NCBI GenBank assembly: GCA_036493575.1
Contig: DASXPQ010000351.1
Location: 1 to 26,591 of the forward strand
Length of the DNA stretch: 26,591 nt
Reading direction: 5' to 3'
Source: Pirellulales bacterium
Lineage (GTDB): Bacteria > Planctomycetota > Planctomycetia > Pirellulales > JADZDJ01
In this document: positions 1 through 10,826 of the stretch, piece by piece
How the letters are laid out: the number at the start of each line of letters is the position of its first letter
How positions within the stretch are numbered: position 1 is the stretch's first letter
The notes under the pieces: model-generated
Database searches by the model: none
What the model was told of the DNA's origin: nothing
The model's input: only the letters and a program-made list of their open reading frames with translations
Position numbers and translations under genes: made by a program

Positions 1-3000
1 CCCTCGGCGGGCAGACTGGCCTGAATCTGGCGATGGACCTCGCCAAGCATGGCGTGCTGGAAAAGTACGGCGTGGAAATGATCGGCGCCAATGCCGAGGT
101 GATCGCTAAGGCTGAAGATCGCGAGCTATTCAAACAGGCGATGCTCAAAATCGACCTGGATATTCCCCGTGGCAGCACGGTGCATTCGCTGGACGAAGCC
201 CGCGAGGCGATTAAGGAAATCAGTCTGCCGTGCGTCATTCGCCCCAGCTTCACGCTTGGCGGCACCGGCGGCGGCTTTGCTTACAACCGGGAAGAGTTCG
301 ACACCATTGTTCGCCGCGGTCTGGATCTATCGCCGACGCACGAAGTGCTGATCGAAGAAAGTATTTTGGGTTGGAAAGAATACGAAATGGAGGTGATGCG
401 CGACGCAGACGATAACGTGGTCATCATTTGCTCGATCGAGAATTTTGATCCCATGGGCATTCACACGGGCGATTCGATTACCGTGGCTCCGGCCCAAACG
501 CTCAGCGATAAAGAATATCAGCGGATGCGTGACGCCTCGCTGGAAATCATCCGCGAAATTGGTGTGGAAACGGGCGGATCGAATATTCAATTCGCCATTC
601 ACCCGCGCAACGGGCGGATGACGGTGATCGAAATGAACCCGCGCGTCAGCCGGTCCAGCGCCTTGGCGAGCAAAGCCACCGGTTTTCCAATTGCGAAGAT
701 CGCCGCGAAATTGGCCGTCGGCTACCGGCTGCACGAATTGCCCAACGACATTACCCGTGAAACAATGGCATGCTTTGAGCCCACCATTGATTACGTGGTG
801 GTGAAAGTGCCGCGATTTGCCTTCGAGAAATTCCCCGAGGCCGATAGCCGCCTGACCACGCAAATGAAAAGCGTGGGCGAAACCATGGCCATTGGTCGCA
901 CATTCAAAGAAGCGTTTCAAAAAGCACTCCGCGGTCTGGAAGTGGGCAGCTTTGGCTTCGGCTGCGACAGCAAAGACTTATGGGGCACACCGTACCAGCC
1001 TGGGCGTGAGGAAATTCGCGCCAAGTTGGCGGTACCCGGTGCTGACCGCATTTGGTACGTGCGTTACGCCTTCAAAGACGGGATGAGCATCGAAGAAATT
1101 CACGAGCTGACATACATCGATCCGTGGTTCCTGGATCAGCTGCAGCAGATTATCGAATTGGAAGACGAGTGGCGGCGGCAATCGGACCTGAGCAATGTGA
1201 ACGATGCCCTGTTCCGCCGCGCCAAGCAGTTCGGATTTTCCGATCGGCAACTGGCGATATTGCTTGGCACGACCGAAATGGAACTGAGGGCCGACCGTAA
1301 GCGCCGGGGCATAATAGCGACGTTCAAGTCAGTCGACACTTGTGCCGCTGAATTCGAAGCGCATACCCCCTACTATTATTCCACCTACGAAACCGAAGAC
1401 GAGGTCCCGCCCAAGCCACCGGGCGGAAAGCGGATCGTGATTTTGGGCGGCGGGCCAAACCGCATTGGCCAGGGAATTGAGTTCGATTACTGCTGTTGCC
1501 ACGCCAGTTTTGCACTCCGGGAGTTGGGCATCGAAAGCGTGATGATCAATTCCAACCCGGAAACGGTCAGCACCGACTACGACACGAGCGATCTGCTGTT
1601 CTTCGAACCGCTGACGGCCGAAGACGTGCTGAACATTTGCGACCGTGTACAGCCCGACGGCGTGATTGTGCAGTTCGGCGGACAAACGCCGCTGAATTTG
1701 GCCCGAGCGCTATCCACGGCTGGCGTGCCGATTATCGGCACGAGTGTCGATACGATCGAAGATGCCGAAGACCGCGAAAAATTCCAGCGTCTTTTGCAGC
1801 GATTAGGTTTGCGGCAACCGGCCAATGGTATTGCCCGCACGATGGTCGAGGCCCGGGCCGAAGCGGCGCGCATTGGCTATCCGAACTTGGTGCGGCCCAG
1901 TTTTGTGCTCGGCGGGCGAGCGATGGAAATCTGCTACGATCAATCGCAACTGGAACGCTTTGTGGCTGAGGCGTTTGTCGTGTCGCAAGGGCAACCGGTG
2001 CTGATCGATCGATTTTTGGAAGATGCCATTGAAGTCGATGTCGATGCCATCGGCGACGGCCAGCGCGTTATTGTGGCCGGCATCATGGAACACATTGAAG
2101 AGGCGGGCATTCACTCGGGCGATTCAGCTTGTGCCTTGCCGCCGTACAGTTTGAGCGGCCCTATTATGCAAGAAATTCGCGATGCCACGACGGCGATGGC
2201 CAAGCACATGCGCGTGGTCGGACTGATGAATGTGCAGTACGCCATCAAGCGAGAAGAAGGCCACCAGGTGTTGTACGTGCTGGAAGTAAATCCCCGGGCC
2301 AGTCGCACCGTACCGTTTGTCGCCAAGGCTACGGGGCTGCCTGTCGCTGGCGTCGCCGCAAAGGTGATGGCTGGAGTTTCGCTCGCAGAACAAGGGCTGC
2401 ATAGCGAGCCGATTCCGGTCCAGGTATCGGTAAAGGAAAGCGTATTTCCGTTTGTGAAGTTTGCCGGTGTCGATATTGTGCTCGGGCCCGAGATGCGATC
2501 CACTGGCGAAGTAATGGGGGTGAGCGAGAGCTTTCCCATTGCCTTTGCAAAGAGCCAGTTGGCCGCCGGCGTGGTGTTGCCCACCAGCGGCAGTATTTTC
2601 ATTAGCGTCGCTTCGGTTGCACAGAAGGAATATATGGTCGGACTGGCCCGGCGATTAGTTGCGATGGGGTACAATTTGCTGGCCACCGTAAACACCGCAG
2701 CAACGTTCACGCAGGCGGGCATCCCTGTCGAAGCGGTAAAAAAATTACAAGAAGGCCATCCCAATTTGCTCGATCACTTGAAAAACGGCACGGTGAAATT
2801 GATTATGAACACGCCCAGCGGTAAAGGGGCCCGCACCGACGAAGGGCGCATTAGGGCCGCCGCCGTGCAGCATGGCGTGCCGTGCGTGACCACCATCCCA
2901 GCGGCCGATGCCTGCGTGCGCGCGATGGAAGCGCTGCGTGAAGGCGGATTAACCGTACAAGCAATCCAAGATCGGTTCCCGCAGCAATCTAAAAGCCTGC

Positions 3001-3023
3001 CGGCAACTAGCTTGCGTCACTAA
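1..3023 (+). CDS. carB: Carbamoyl-phosphate synthase large subunit, 5'-truncated by the window edge
   Basis: Frame is open from nt 3 ([11 protein letters not shown]...), so ATG 33 is internal. Two ATP-grasp halves ([14 protein letters not shown]; [12 protein letters not shown]), [35 protein letters not shown]-terminal MGS-like domain. Confidence 0.98.
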   Translation, partial: LGGQTGLNLAMDLAKHGVLEKYGVEMIGANAEVIAKAEDRELFKQAMLKIDLDIPRGSTVHSLDEAREAIKEISLPCVIRPSFTLGGTGGGFAYNREEFDTIVRRGLDLSPTHEVLIEESILGWKEYEMEVMRDADDNVVIICSIENFDPMGIHTGDSITVAPAQTLSDKEYQRMRDASLEIIREIGVETGGSNIQFAIHPRNGRMTVIEMNPRVSRSSALASKATGFPIAKIAAKLAVGYRLHELPNDITRETMACFEPTIDYVVVKVPRFAFEKFPEADSRLTTQMKSVGETMAIGRTFKEAFQKALRGLEVGSFGFGCDSKDLWGTPYQPGREEIRAKLAVPGADRIWYVRYAFKDGMSIEEIHELTYIDPWFLDQLQQIIELEDEWRRQSDLSNVNDALFRRAKQFGFSDRQLAILLGTTEMELRADRKRRGIIATFKSVDTCAAEFEAHTPYYYSTYETEDEVPPKPPGGKRIVILGGGPNRIGQGIEFDYCCCHASFALRELGIESVMINSNPETVSTDYDTSDLLFFEPLTAEDVLNICDRVQPDGVIVQFGGQTPLNLARALSTAGVPIIGTSVDTIEDAEDREKFQRLLQRLGLRQPANGIARTMVEARAEAARIGYPNLVRPSFVLGGRAMEICYDQSQLERFVAEAFVVSQGQPVLIDRFLEDAIEVDVDAIGDGQRVIVAGIMEHIEEAGIHSGDSACALPPYSLSGPIMQEIRDATTAMAKHMRVVGLMNVQYAIKREEGHQVLYVLEVNPRASRTVPFVAKATGLPVAGVAAKVMAGVSLAEQGLHSEPIPVQVSVKESVFPFVKFAGVDIVLGPEMRSTGEVMGVSESFPIAFAKSQLAAGVVLPTSGSIFISVASVAQKEYMVGLARRLVAMGYNLLATVNTAATFTQAGIPVEAVKKLQEGHPNLLDHLKNGTVKLIMNTPSGKGARTDEGRIRAAAVQHGVPCVTTIPAADACVRAMEALREGGLTVQAIQDRFPQQSKSLPATSLRH

Positions 3024-3041
3024 CATCAGACAGTTGGGAAA

Positions 3042-3539
3042 CTAGCCTGCGTAAGCTCGTTCCAGCGCGGCCAGATCAAGCTTTTTCATTTGCATCAAGG
3101 CTTGCATCACGCGGCCGGACTTTGCTTTGTCCGGATCGGTAAGCATCTTAATCATGGCATCTGGGACAATTTGCCAGGCCAGGCCGAATTTGTCTTTCAG
3201 CCAACCGCACTGCTGGGCTTTGGAATCGCCTCCAGCGCCGAGCTTTTCCCAATAGTAATCCACTTCTTCTTGCGTCTCACAATGAACGACGAACGAAACT
3301 GCCTCGCCGAATTTGAACTGCGGACCGCCGTTTAGCGCCGTGAAGTGTTGCCCGTCCAGCAAGAACCCCACGGTTAGCGCGGTACCGGGCTGTTTCCCGT
3401 GAACCTCGCGCCCGGCTTCGCTATAACGAGTGACCGTAGTAATTTGGGAGTTCTTAAAAATTGATGTGTAGAATTTGGCCGCTTCTTCCGCCTCAGTGTC
3501 GAACCAAAAAAACGGCGTAATACGTTGAATATTGGGCAT
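3042..3539 (-). CDS. VOC/PhnB-like protein (3-demethylubiquinone-9 3-methyltransferase-like family)
   Basis: ITPFFWFDTEAEEAAKFYTSIF, FTALNGGPQFKF, QCGWLKDKFGLAWQIVP, RVMQALMQMKKLD. Start moved from 3617 to ATG 3539, which has GGAG upstream and matches the family N-terminus. Confidence 0.88.
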   Translation of the reverse strand: MPNIQRITPFFWFDTEAEEAAKFYTSIFKNSQITTVTRYSEAGREVHGKQPGTALTVGFLLDGQHFTALNGGPQFKFGEAVSFVVHCETQEEVDYYWEKLGAGGDSKAQQCGWLKDKFGLAWQIVPDAMIKMLTDPDKAKSGRVMQALMQMKKLDLAALERAYAG

Positions 3540-3662
3540 AATGTTCTCCGTGGGATTCAATATAGCCCATGGTTGTCGCGCGATGCCAGCCGGTAGAACT
3601 TCAAGCACAGTGATCAATCAGCACGACTGGAGGGCAGTTTCGCCACGTGTCGGACCACAGAC

Positions 3663-4637
3663 CTACGTCCTGCTTGCCGCGGCGCTGGCGTGCCGGGCAT
3701 GTGTGTCATGCCAACCGGGAACTGCGGAGCCGGTGATAAATTTCAAGAAGCTGCGCGTGAGCGATCGTATCATTCGTGCCAATGGAAATCGCCAACGGCT
3801 CATCACGCTGTCATCGCCTAGCAGCCGATAGCCCAGCGAAACGATTCGGAAATGGCTCAAAATCTCGCGGCGTGATTTCCAGCCCCCCGGCAGTTCGGCG
3901 CCAAACAAGCCCGAGCAGCCTTCCTCGAACTGATGCGTTACGTATTTACCTTCTTTCGGCGGCAATGGCGGCACCTGGCAACGATGGATTTTGGATTGCT
4001 CCACGGCCTGAAACGCGTCGTATCCCAACTCCGCCAAAGCGTCGATTTGCTGTTGGATACTATTAAATCCAGTTTTCTCCGATTCGAGCGAAACGTAATC
4101 CGGCCGAACGGAAAATTTTCGCAATGCACTGACGCATGCCATATCACAGCCTTCGATATCGATTTTCATGTAACGTGGCACCCCGTACTCTTCCAGCACA
4201 GCCGCCATATCAATCACGTCAACTTCGACGGGTGTGCTGGAATCACCCATCCGCTCATTCCGCTGCGCCCACTCTTCGCAAACAGTTCCCCAAACTGAAT
4301 TCAATTTGCTCACATAAAATTGGACTGTTTTTTGGCCTGGTAATAAAGTGTTCGACTCGAGAATGGCGCCTTCAATAATGGTCAGGCGGCCATATTCGAT
4401 GAACTCCCGAAAACGAGCCTTGCAAAACCCAACCAGCTCCGGGTTGGCTTCGAAAGCGACCACGCGGAAACCCTTGCGCAGGTAGAATTCCGTATCTTCT
4501 CCCTTGTGCATTCCGATGTCGTAGATCAGGTCTTGGTGCTTCGGCGGACCAGCGACGTCGTTCATCGCAGCAACGATTTCGCCGGTTGAAAGGTCTTCCT
4601 CTAGATTGCAAACGGCGGGTGAGCTGGGCGGAGACAT
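3663..4637 (-). CDS. FkbM-family SAM-dependent methyltransferase
   Basis: DLIYDIGMHKGEDTEFYL...VVAFEANPEL and YMKIDIEGCD motifs. Start uncertain (4658 TTG, 4637 ATG or further downstream). Confidence 0.85.
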   Translation of the reverse strand: MSPPSSPAVCNLEEDLSTGEIVAAMNDVAGPPKHQDLIYDIGMHKGEDTEFYLRKGFRVVAFEANPELVGFCKARFREFIEYGRLTIIEGAILESNTLLPGQKTVQFYVSKLNSVWGTVCEEWAQRNERMGDSSTPVEVDVIDMAAVLEEYGVPRYMKIDIEGCDMACVSALRKFSVRPDYVSLESEKTGFNSIQQQIDALAELGYDAFQAVEQSKIHRCQVPPLPPKEGKYVTHQFEEGCSGLFGAELPGGWKSRREILSHFRIVSLGYRLLGDDSVMSRWRFPLARMIRSLTRSFLKFITGSAVPGWHDTHARHASAAASRT

Positions 4638-4840
4638 TTCGATGGGCTCGCGGTTCAATGGGAATAGCGGAAAAGCGACCGATTACGTCGCTCAACCCAG
4701 GATTTCGGCTTAACATCTTTTCTTCGCGCAGCCGCTGAAGCAATATCAATTGCCGCCGGCGAAAGTATCCGGAAAGCAATCCCGCTTAGATGCCAGCACC
4801 TAGATTTTCAAGCAATCCTTTCGGCATAATGACAGCTTCC

Positions 4841-7800
4841 ATGGACATTACCCAACTTCGCCATTATCTGGATCATCCTCACGAAGCGGGCCGCTGGCTG
4901 GCCGCTTGGAAGTTGGACGACGTCGATCGGGCCCATGCTAGCCTGATCCGTATGGCTATGTCCGGCATTACGCTCGATTTGCTGGGCAACATGTGCGATC
5001 AATTTGCCGAACACTTGCCACGGCTCAGCGACGCCGACATGGCGCTGAACAACCTGGACCGCTTTATTGCCGCCACCCGCAATCCGCTGTCGCTGGCTAC
5101 GCTGTTTGAGCGCGATCGCGAAGCGCTGCCCATTTTGCTCCAGATTTTTTCGACCAGCCAATATCTCAGCGATTTATTGGTAATCGATTCGGAAGCGTAC
5201 GATCTTTTGCGCATGACCGAGGGGCAACCGGTGGCGCGGAATGTAATCGTCGATGAACTATGCGCGGAAGTAGCGGTGCTGAATGACGAACGCTCCGTAA
5301 TGACCGCCCTGCGCCGGTTCAAGCGCCGCGAAACTTTGCGAATTGCCTATGGCGATATCATCCGCGGACAGCGATTGGAAATCGTCACTGGACAAATTTC
5401 GCATCTGGCCGATGCAATTTTGGAAGCCGCATTTCGTTTCGCCAGAAACATTCTCGAGCAAAAACGCGGCGTTCCACGGCGGTCCGACGGTCAGCCTTCC
5501 CGCTTTGCCGTCCTGGCTATGGGAAAACTTGGCGGCGGCGAACTGAACTATTCCAGCGACATTGATTTGATTTTCCTATACGAGACCGATGGCGAGACGG
5601 ATGGACAGCGGGCACTTTCCAACGTTGAATTCTTTGATCGTCTGGCGCGCGACCTCATCAAGCTGCTCACCGAGCCGACAAACTTAGGCACAGCCTACCG
5701 CGTCGATTTGCGGCTGCGGCCCGAAGGCCAACACGGCCCCATGGTGCCCAGTTTGGAAAGCGCGCTGCACTATTACGATGTGTCGGGCCGCACGTGGGAA
5801 CGACAAGCATTTTTAAAAGCCCGAGCGGCGGCGGGCGACTTGGATTTCGGCCAGGAGTTTTTGCGACAATTGGAGCCGTGGATTTATCGTCGCTACCTCA
5901 GCCGGGCCGATATCGCCGGCATAAAAGCGCTGAAGCGACGAATTGAGCAGAATGTGAAATCGGAGGGCGCCGATTTGCGAAACGTCAAAACCGGCCACGG
6001 CGGCATCCGCGATATTGAGTTTACCATCCAGTTTCTGCAGTTGCTCAGCGGCGGCGATCTGCCGGAACTGCATACAGGCAACACACTGATAGCCATCGCC
6101 ATGCTGGAAAATAGCGGCTGCTTCACGCACCAGGAACGAACCATCCTGGAGGAGAACTATGCGTTTCTGCGGAAAACTGAGCATCGGCTGCAATTGATGT
6201 TCGATCTGCAAACGCATTTGCTGCCCATCTCAAATCAAGAATTACGGCGGCTGGCCATTCGCATGGGTTATACAGATACGCCTGAACGACCGGCGCTGGA
6301 TGCATTTACCGCTGACTACAAGCAGCGAACCGTACTGAATCGGAAAATTCTTGATCATCTTTTGCACGACGCTTTTGGCGATGAAGGCAATCCAGAACCG
6401 GAAGTCGATTTGATTTTGGATCCCGATCCGCAGCCGGCACAAATTACCGGCGTCTTGGGGCGCTACCCATTCCACGATTCGCAAATGGCGTATCAGAACC
6501 TAATGACGCTCTCGCAGGAGCGCATCCGCTTTCTATCCACGCGCCGGTGCCGGCATTTCTTGGCGTCGATCGCACCACGGCTGGTGCCGGCGATTGCTGC
6601 CACGCCCGACCCGGATCAAACGCTCGTCAATTTAAGCAAGGTGAGCGATTCGCTGGGGGGTAAAGGCGTGCTGTGGGAACTATTCAGTTTCAATCCACCA
6701 TCCCTGCACATGTATGTTGAGCTGTGTGCATCTAGTCCCTATCTGTCGAGCATCTTGATTAGCAACCCCGGGATGATCGACGAACTGATGGACAGCCTCG
6801 TGCTGGACAAGCTTCCAACGCGCGAAACGCTGGAAGCAAATCTCAACGAGCTGGCCCACGGCGCGGAAGACCTCGACCTGATTTTGCATAGCTTCAAAAA
6901 CGCCCAGGTGCTGCGGGTCGGCGTACGCGATATTTTGGGCAAAGAAGATATTGTCGCCACCTGCAGCGCCCTGGCCGATATTGCCGAGGCCTGCTTGCGG
7001 CTGATCACGCGCACCGAACATCACAAGCTGGTCGCCAAAATGGGCGAGCCGATGATTCCCGAGGGAGAACAACTGGGCCAAAACTCCGAATTTATCGTCC
7101 TGGCGATGGGCAAGTTCGGTGGTCGCGAAATCAATTATCACAGCGACTTGGACATGGTGTTTTTGTATGAAGCCGACGGCGCCACCTTCCATGCACGCCG
7201 CAGCAAGCGCAGCGGCGAAACCAGCACCAATCAGCACTTTTTCAGCGAGCTGGGACAGCGCGTCATCAAAGCCGGCAGTCAATTGGGCCCGCATGGCCGG
7301 TTGTACGAAATTGACCCCCGGCTGCGTCCGACGGGTAAAAGTGGAGCGCTGGCCACATCGCTTGCCGAATTTCGCCGGTACTTTGAAGAAGGCAGCGGTC
7401 AACTGTGGGAACGGCAGGCCTTATGCAAAGCTCGGGTGGTGTATGGCTCGCCCAAAGCCGCCGCCATAGCAATGCAAACCGTGATCGATTGTGCCTATCT
7501 GCGCCCATGGCATCCGGAATATGCCGATGAAATCCGCAACATGCGCCATCGCATGGAGCACACCGCCAAAACAGCGAATTTAAAACGTGGGCCCGGCGGC
7601 CTGGTCGATGTGGAATTCGTCGCTCAAATGCTGCAACTTAAGCATGGCGGTAAGCATCCAGAAGTGCGCGTGCCAGCCACGCTTGATGCGCTGGAAAAGC
7701 TCGAGCACATTGGGGCGATTTCACGAGAGGATTTCGATTTTTTCAGCACTAGTTACCGCGTGCTGCTGGCCATGGTCAGTCGCTTGCGCTTGATGAATAC

Positions 7801-7981
7801 CACAGCCCGTCACGATTTGCCGGATGATCCCGAAGAACAAATCAAACTGGCCCGGCTGCTGGAATACCCAGATCGTGAAAAAATGCTAATCGACTGCGAA
7901 AGGCTAACCCGCGAAAACCGAGTGCGGTTTGATAAAATCTTCGCCCGGGAAGGCGCCGGCACTAGCGGCGGCGGAATCTAG
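4841..7981 (+). CDS. glnE: Bifunctional glutamine synthetase adenylyltransferase/adenylyl-removing enzyme
   Basis: Two nucleotidyltransferase domains (AVLAMGKLGGGELNYSSDIDLIF; VLAMGKFGGREINYHSDLDMVF), YRVDLRLRPEG and YEIDPRLRPTG, WERQA twice, NVKTGHGGIRDIEF and NLKRGPGGLVDVEF. Start 4841 or 4829. Confidence 0.95.
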   Translation: MDITQLRHYLDHPHEAGRWLAAWKLDDVDRAHASLIRMAMSGITLDLLGNMCDQFAEHLPRLSDADMALNNLDRFIAATRNPLSLATLFERDREALPILLQIFSTSQYLSDLLVIDSEAYDLLRMTEGQPVARNVIVDELCAEVAVLNDERSVMTALRRFKRRETLRIAYGDIIRGQRLEIVTGQISHLADAILEAAFRFARNILEQKRGVPRRSDGQPSRFAVLAMGKLGGGELNYSSDIDLIFLYETDGETDGQRALSNVEFFDRLARDLIKLLTEPTNLGTAYRVDLRLRPEGQHGPMVPSLESALHYYDVSGRTWERQAFLKARAAAGDLDFGQEFLRQLEPWIYRRYLSRADIAGIKALKRRIEQNVKSEGADLRNVKTGHGGIRDIEFTIQFLQLLSGGDLPELHTGNTLIAIAMLENSGCFTHQERTILEENYAFLRKTEHRLQLMFDLQTHLLPISNQELRRLAIRMGYTDTPERPALDAFTADYKQRTVLNRKILDHLLHDAFGDEGNPEPEVDLILDPDPQPAQITGVLGRYPFHDSQMAYQNLMTLSQERIRFLSTRRCRHFLASIAPRLVPAIAATPDPDQTLVNLSKVSDSLGGKGVLWELFSFNPPSLHMYVELCASSPYLSSILISNPGMIDELMDSLVLDKLPTRETLEANLNELAHGAEDLDLILHSFKNAQVLRVGVRDILGKEDIVATCSALADIAEACLRLITRTEHHKLVAKMGEPMIPEGEQLGQNSEFIVLAMGKFGGREINYHSDLDMVFLYEADGATFHARRSKRSGETSTNQHFFSELGQRVIKAGSQLGPHGRLYEIDPRLRPTGKSGALATSLAEFRRYFEEGSGQLWERQALCKARVVYGSPKAAAIAMQTVIDCAYLRPWHPEYADEIRNMRHRMEHTAKTANLKRGPGGLVDVEFVAQMLQLKHGGKHPEVRVPATLDALEKLEHIGAISREDFDFFSTSYRVLLAMVSRLRLMNTTARHDLPDDPEEQIKLARLLEYPDREKMLIDCERLTRENRVRFDKIFAREGAGTSGGGI

Positions 7982-8013
7982 CGGAAACTGCCACCGCGCA
8001 TGATCACGCCAGT

Positions 8014-9021
8014 TCACTTCAGCAACCGCTGTTCACCGGCCATGGTAAAAGCTTGCTTTTCCGCGACCGATTTCTCCTCCGAGGCCTTCAGCGATTGCGG
8101 GCTAGGCTGTACTTTCGGCGCCGCTTGCACGGAAGCGCTCATAGCTTGGTTGTCAACGGCCGGTGCCGTGAATAGATCATCATATCGGGTTTGGGCCAGT
8201 CGGATTATGGTCAACTTTTGTCGCACTGCGTCCGCATCGGACTGCGGCTCAGTGAAAAAATAGTGACCCAACGTGCCCGGCAGATCCGGTAGCGTGGTTA
8301 ATACCAACATCTGATCTGCGGCCAATGTGACATCCATGGTCAAACGATCGAATACATGCTTGGGTTTGCCCGACTGCGGCAGCAAACGGCCATCTTCGGA
8401 AATCCAAGTTTGCTGCTCCTGGCCATAGTGTAATTCTGGCACTAACTGCAGCGTAACTCGCCGGTCGCCAAGCGATTTCGCTTTGGCGGCCAAAATGCCT
8501 TGTGCTTGCTGGTAGGTGTGCCCCGACAGTTTCCCTTGCTCCCACATAAACAGCGGAACCTCAGGATAAATATTGGAAGCAATAATTTCGCCTCGCCAGC
8601 CGGAATGCAGTTGCATCTGCTTGCGGCTGATGGCCGAACTTTGCTCCAACCGCGCAGCTGCCTCCGTTGCCGTGGCAGGCTTTTTGTCCGCCGCGGCGAT
8701 CATCCGAGCAAGCGCCGCCGGCAATTGACCGCTGACGATGCCGGCGCGAAAACCATTGCTGGCTAAGGCTTGCCGTAACGGCAGCGGTAATTGCTGCTCG
8801 TCGATTTCATTCCACATGGCGTCGTTAATCTGATCATCGTGCGCAGAAAACCGAACGGAAATGATTTCCAGTTGCACGCCATCATCGGACAGATCCACCG
8901 GCTTAAGTAGCGATTCTCCGTGCGGCGACGATGGCGGTCCCCAATGGCAACCACCTACGCCGGCACAGACCACAAATGTGATCGCCGCCAATAGGCATGC
9001 CTGGCGCAAATAGCAATCCAT
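8014..9021 (-). CDS. Uncharacterised putative lipoprotein (possible remote secretin-like beta domain)
   Basis: Long ORF filling the gap between glnE and rplQ. Hydrophobic N-terminus LLAAITFVVCAGVGGC looks like a lipoprotein signal. Candidate promoter upstream. Start 9021 or 9033. Confidence 0.7.
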   Translation of the reverse strand: MDCYLRQACLLAAITFVVCAGVGGCHWGPPSSPHGESLLKPVDLSDDGVQLEIISVRFSAHDDQINDAMWNEIDEQQLPLPLRQALASNGFRAGIVSGQLPAALARMIAAADKKPATATEAAARLEQSSAISRKQMQLHSGWRGEIIASNIYPEVPLFMWEQGKLSGHTYQQAQGILAAKAKSLGDRRVTLQLVPELHYGQEQQTWISEDGRLLPQSGKPKHVFDRLTMDVTLAADQMLVLTTLPDLPGTLGHYFFTEPQSDADAVRQKLTIIRLAQTRYDDLFTAPAVDNQAMSASVQAAPKVQPSPQSLKASEEKSVAEKQAFTMAGEQRLLK

Positions 9022-9098
9022 CGCGCACACCATCGCTCGAGATAGGTTATGGCCGAGAGAAGAACAGCGGTCCGATAAGAGCCCGAAATGGGCCGGGT

Positions 9099-9127
9099 AG
9101 AGTAAACCGGCACGCCAGCGGCGTCAA
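9099..9127 (-). promoter_or_regulatory. Predicted promoter of the lipoprotein gene
   Basis: TTGACG-N17-TACTCT on the minus strand between rplQ and the lipoprotein gene. Confidence 0.45.
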
Positions 9128-9158
9128 TGCGAGCCAGCCTTGCTAGCACAGGCTCGAT

Positions 9159-9752
9159 TTAAGCCTTCGCGCTGGCCGGCTGCGTTTCAAACTTCGGCGC
9201 TGGGGCCGGCTTGGTGGCACGGTCGCGCACGCCGACAAATTCCAAAATAGCTCGCGTGCCGGAATCGCCCAAACGCGGCGTCGCCAGCTTCATAATCCGC
9301 GTGTATCCCCCGGGACGATCGATGAACCGCGGAGCAACCACTTCAAAGCATAGTTGGGCTGCACGCTTGCGGCCCAGCAGACAAATCAACCGTCGCCGGG
9401 CTCTAACCACCGGAGCCATGGCGGCGGCCCATTGTTGCCATTGCTTGCTTTTGCGCCATTTACGCCACTCGTTACTGTTTCGCTCGGCAGTACTGCCCAG
9501 CTCTTTGGCGTCATTCAGCGCGGCCTGCGCCCGGCAGGCAATCGTGATGCAGCGCTCCACGAGTGGCCGTACTTCCTTGGCTTTTTGCAGCGTGGTGATA
9601 ATCCGGCCTTTAACCTTCGCCGCCTGCTTCTCGTCGAGGTAATCGTCTTTATCCAGCTCGGTTAAAAACAACGCGCTGGCCAAGTTTCGAAATAGCGCCT
9701 TGCGGTGCGCCGGCGAACGCCCTAACACTCGGCCTCGTTTACGATGTCGCAT
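9159..9752 (-). CDS. rplQ: 50S ribosomal protein L17 with internal insertions
   Basis: MRHRKRGRVLGRSPAHRKALFRNL, ITTLQKAKEVR, APRFIDRPGGYTRIMK; lies downstream of rpoA. Confidence 0.96.
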   Translation of the reverse strand: MRHRKRGRVLGRSPAHRKALFRNLASALFLTELDKDDYLDEKQAAKVKGRIITTLQKAKEVRPLVERCITIACRAQAALNDAKELGSTAERNSNEWRKWRKSKQWQQWAAAMAPVVRARRRLICLLGRKRAAQLCFEVVAPRFIDRPGGYTRIMKLATPRLGDSGTRAILEFVGVRDRATKPAPAPKFETQPASAKA

Positions 9753-9827
9753 AACGGTGAACTCTCCCTGACCTAGATCGAATAAACGATCTGCTTGTTG
9801 GTCTTGAAACGATTCTCGTCAATATTC

Positions 9828-10814
9828 TTAAACTGGTGCCGGCACACGCATGCCCAGGCGCAGACCCAGTTCGGTCAATTTTTCTTTTACTTCCCGCAGG
9901 GTAGTCTCGCCGAAGTTGCGTACTTCCAGAAGCTGATCTTCGGATCGCTGCACTAAGTCCCGTACGGTTTGAATGTTTTCGCTTTCCAGGCAGTTCGATG
10001 CCCGCACCGACAGCTTCAAATCGGCCAACGTCATGGCCAATTTCTGCTCGATGGCGCCATCCATCGGTCCACCGATTCCAACCGTTCGCCCCGCTCCGCC
10101 CACCCGTGAACCCAACTCCGTGTATTGCACAAACGGATTCAAGTGCTTGCGGAGGACTTTAGCAGCTTCCACCAGCGCCATTTCCGGACCGATGGAACCG
10201 TTCGTCCAAATCTCAATGGTCAGCTTGTCGTAATTGGTCTTCTGGCCAACGCGGGTTTCTTCAATTTCGTACCGCACTCGCAAAACCGGGCTGAACACGG
10301 CGTCGACAGGAATAATGCCGATTTCCTGTACGCTGGGCTGCTCGCTGGCCGGCACATAACCGCGGCCGCTTTCGATCACCATTTCCATCACAAACGGCAC
10401 GTCGTCGGTCAGCGTGGCCAATACGTGATGTTTGTTGATGATTTCCACGGTGTCGTCGGTCTGCACGTCGGCGCCGCTTACCACGCCGCGGGTGTTCTTT
10501 TCAATTCGTAACACCTTCGTCTGGTCGGTGTGATTTTTCACGACTAGCGATTTGACGTTCAGCACCACGTCGGTCATATCTTCCACCACGCCAGGAAGCG
10601 TAGTGAACTCATGCTGCGCGCCGTGGATTTTGATTTGCGTTACGGCACTGCCTTCCAGGCTGGAAAGCATAATGCGGCGCAGCGAATTGCCAATCGTCAC
10701 GCCAAAGCCGCGCTCAAACGGCTCGGCCACAAATTTCCCGTAAGTGGAAGACAACGTCTTCACGTCGCAAACCACTTGGCTGGGCAGTTCCAATCCACGC
10801 CAGCGAATATGCAT
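9828..10814 (-). CDS. rpoA: RNA polymerase alpha subunit
   Basis: [31 protein letters not shown], alpha-[12 protein letters not shown]...[11 protein letters not shown]. Start 10814 with GGAGG SD. Confidence 0.98.
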   Translation of the reverse strand: MHIRWRGLELPSQVVCDVKTLSSTYGKFVAEPFERGFGVTIGNSLRRIMLSSLEGSAVTQIKIHGAQHEFTTLPGVVEDMTDVVLNVKSLVVKNHTDQTKVLRIEKNTRGVVSGADVQTDDTVEIINKHHVLATLTDDVPFVMEMVIESGRGYVPASEQPSVQEIGIIPVDAVFSPVLRVRYEIEETRVGQKTNYDKLTIEIWTNGSIGPEMALVEAAKVLRKHLNPFVQYTELGSRVGGAGRTVGIGGPMDGAIEQKLAMTLADLKLSVRASNCLESENIQTVRDLVQRSEDQLLEVRNFGETTLREVKEKLTELGLRLGMRVPAPV

Positions 10815-10826
10815 AAAGTCCTCCGA

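Noticed and set aside
169-2764. Many 60-220 aa alternative-frame and antisense ORFs inside carB (similarly inside glnE, secY and r-protein genes)
   Set aside because: Shadow ORFs expected in GC-rich coding DNA; fully overlap well-supported genes and show no recognisable motifs or RBS.
3024-3041. Expected bidirectional terminators at the convergent carB/VOC (18 nt) and glnE/lipoprotein (32 nt, 7982-8013) junctions
   Set aside because: No hairpin visible in either gap; nothing to annotate.
4659-4840. Divergent promoter region between the FkbM gene and glnE (CATAAT near 4825; GCAAT-N4-ATTGC palindrome at 4740-4753)
   Set aside because: No convincing -35 at proper spacing and the palindrome arms are only 5 bp; no sigma54 or GlnR-type site could be supported.
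3042-9021. Idea that VOC + FkbM + glnE + lipoprotein form a novel functional cluster
   Set aside because: Mixed orientations, separate candidate promoters and unrelated common families; no sequence evidence of co-function.
9130-9156. Imperfect inverted repeat after the rplQ stop as operon terminator
   Set aside because: Two competing short stems and no U-tract; not supportable as an intrinsic terminator.
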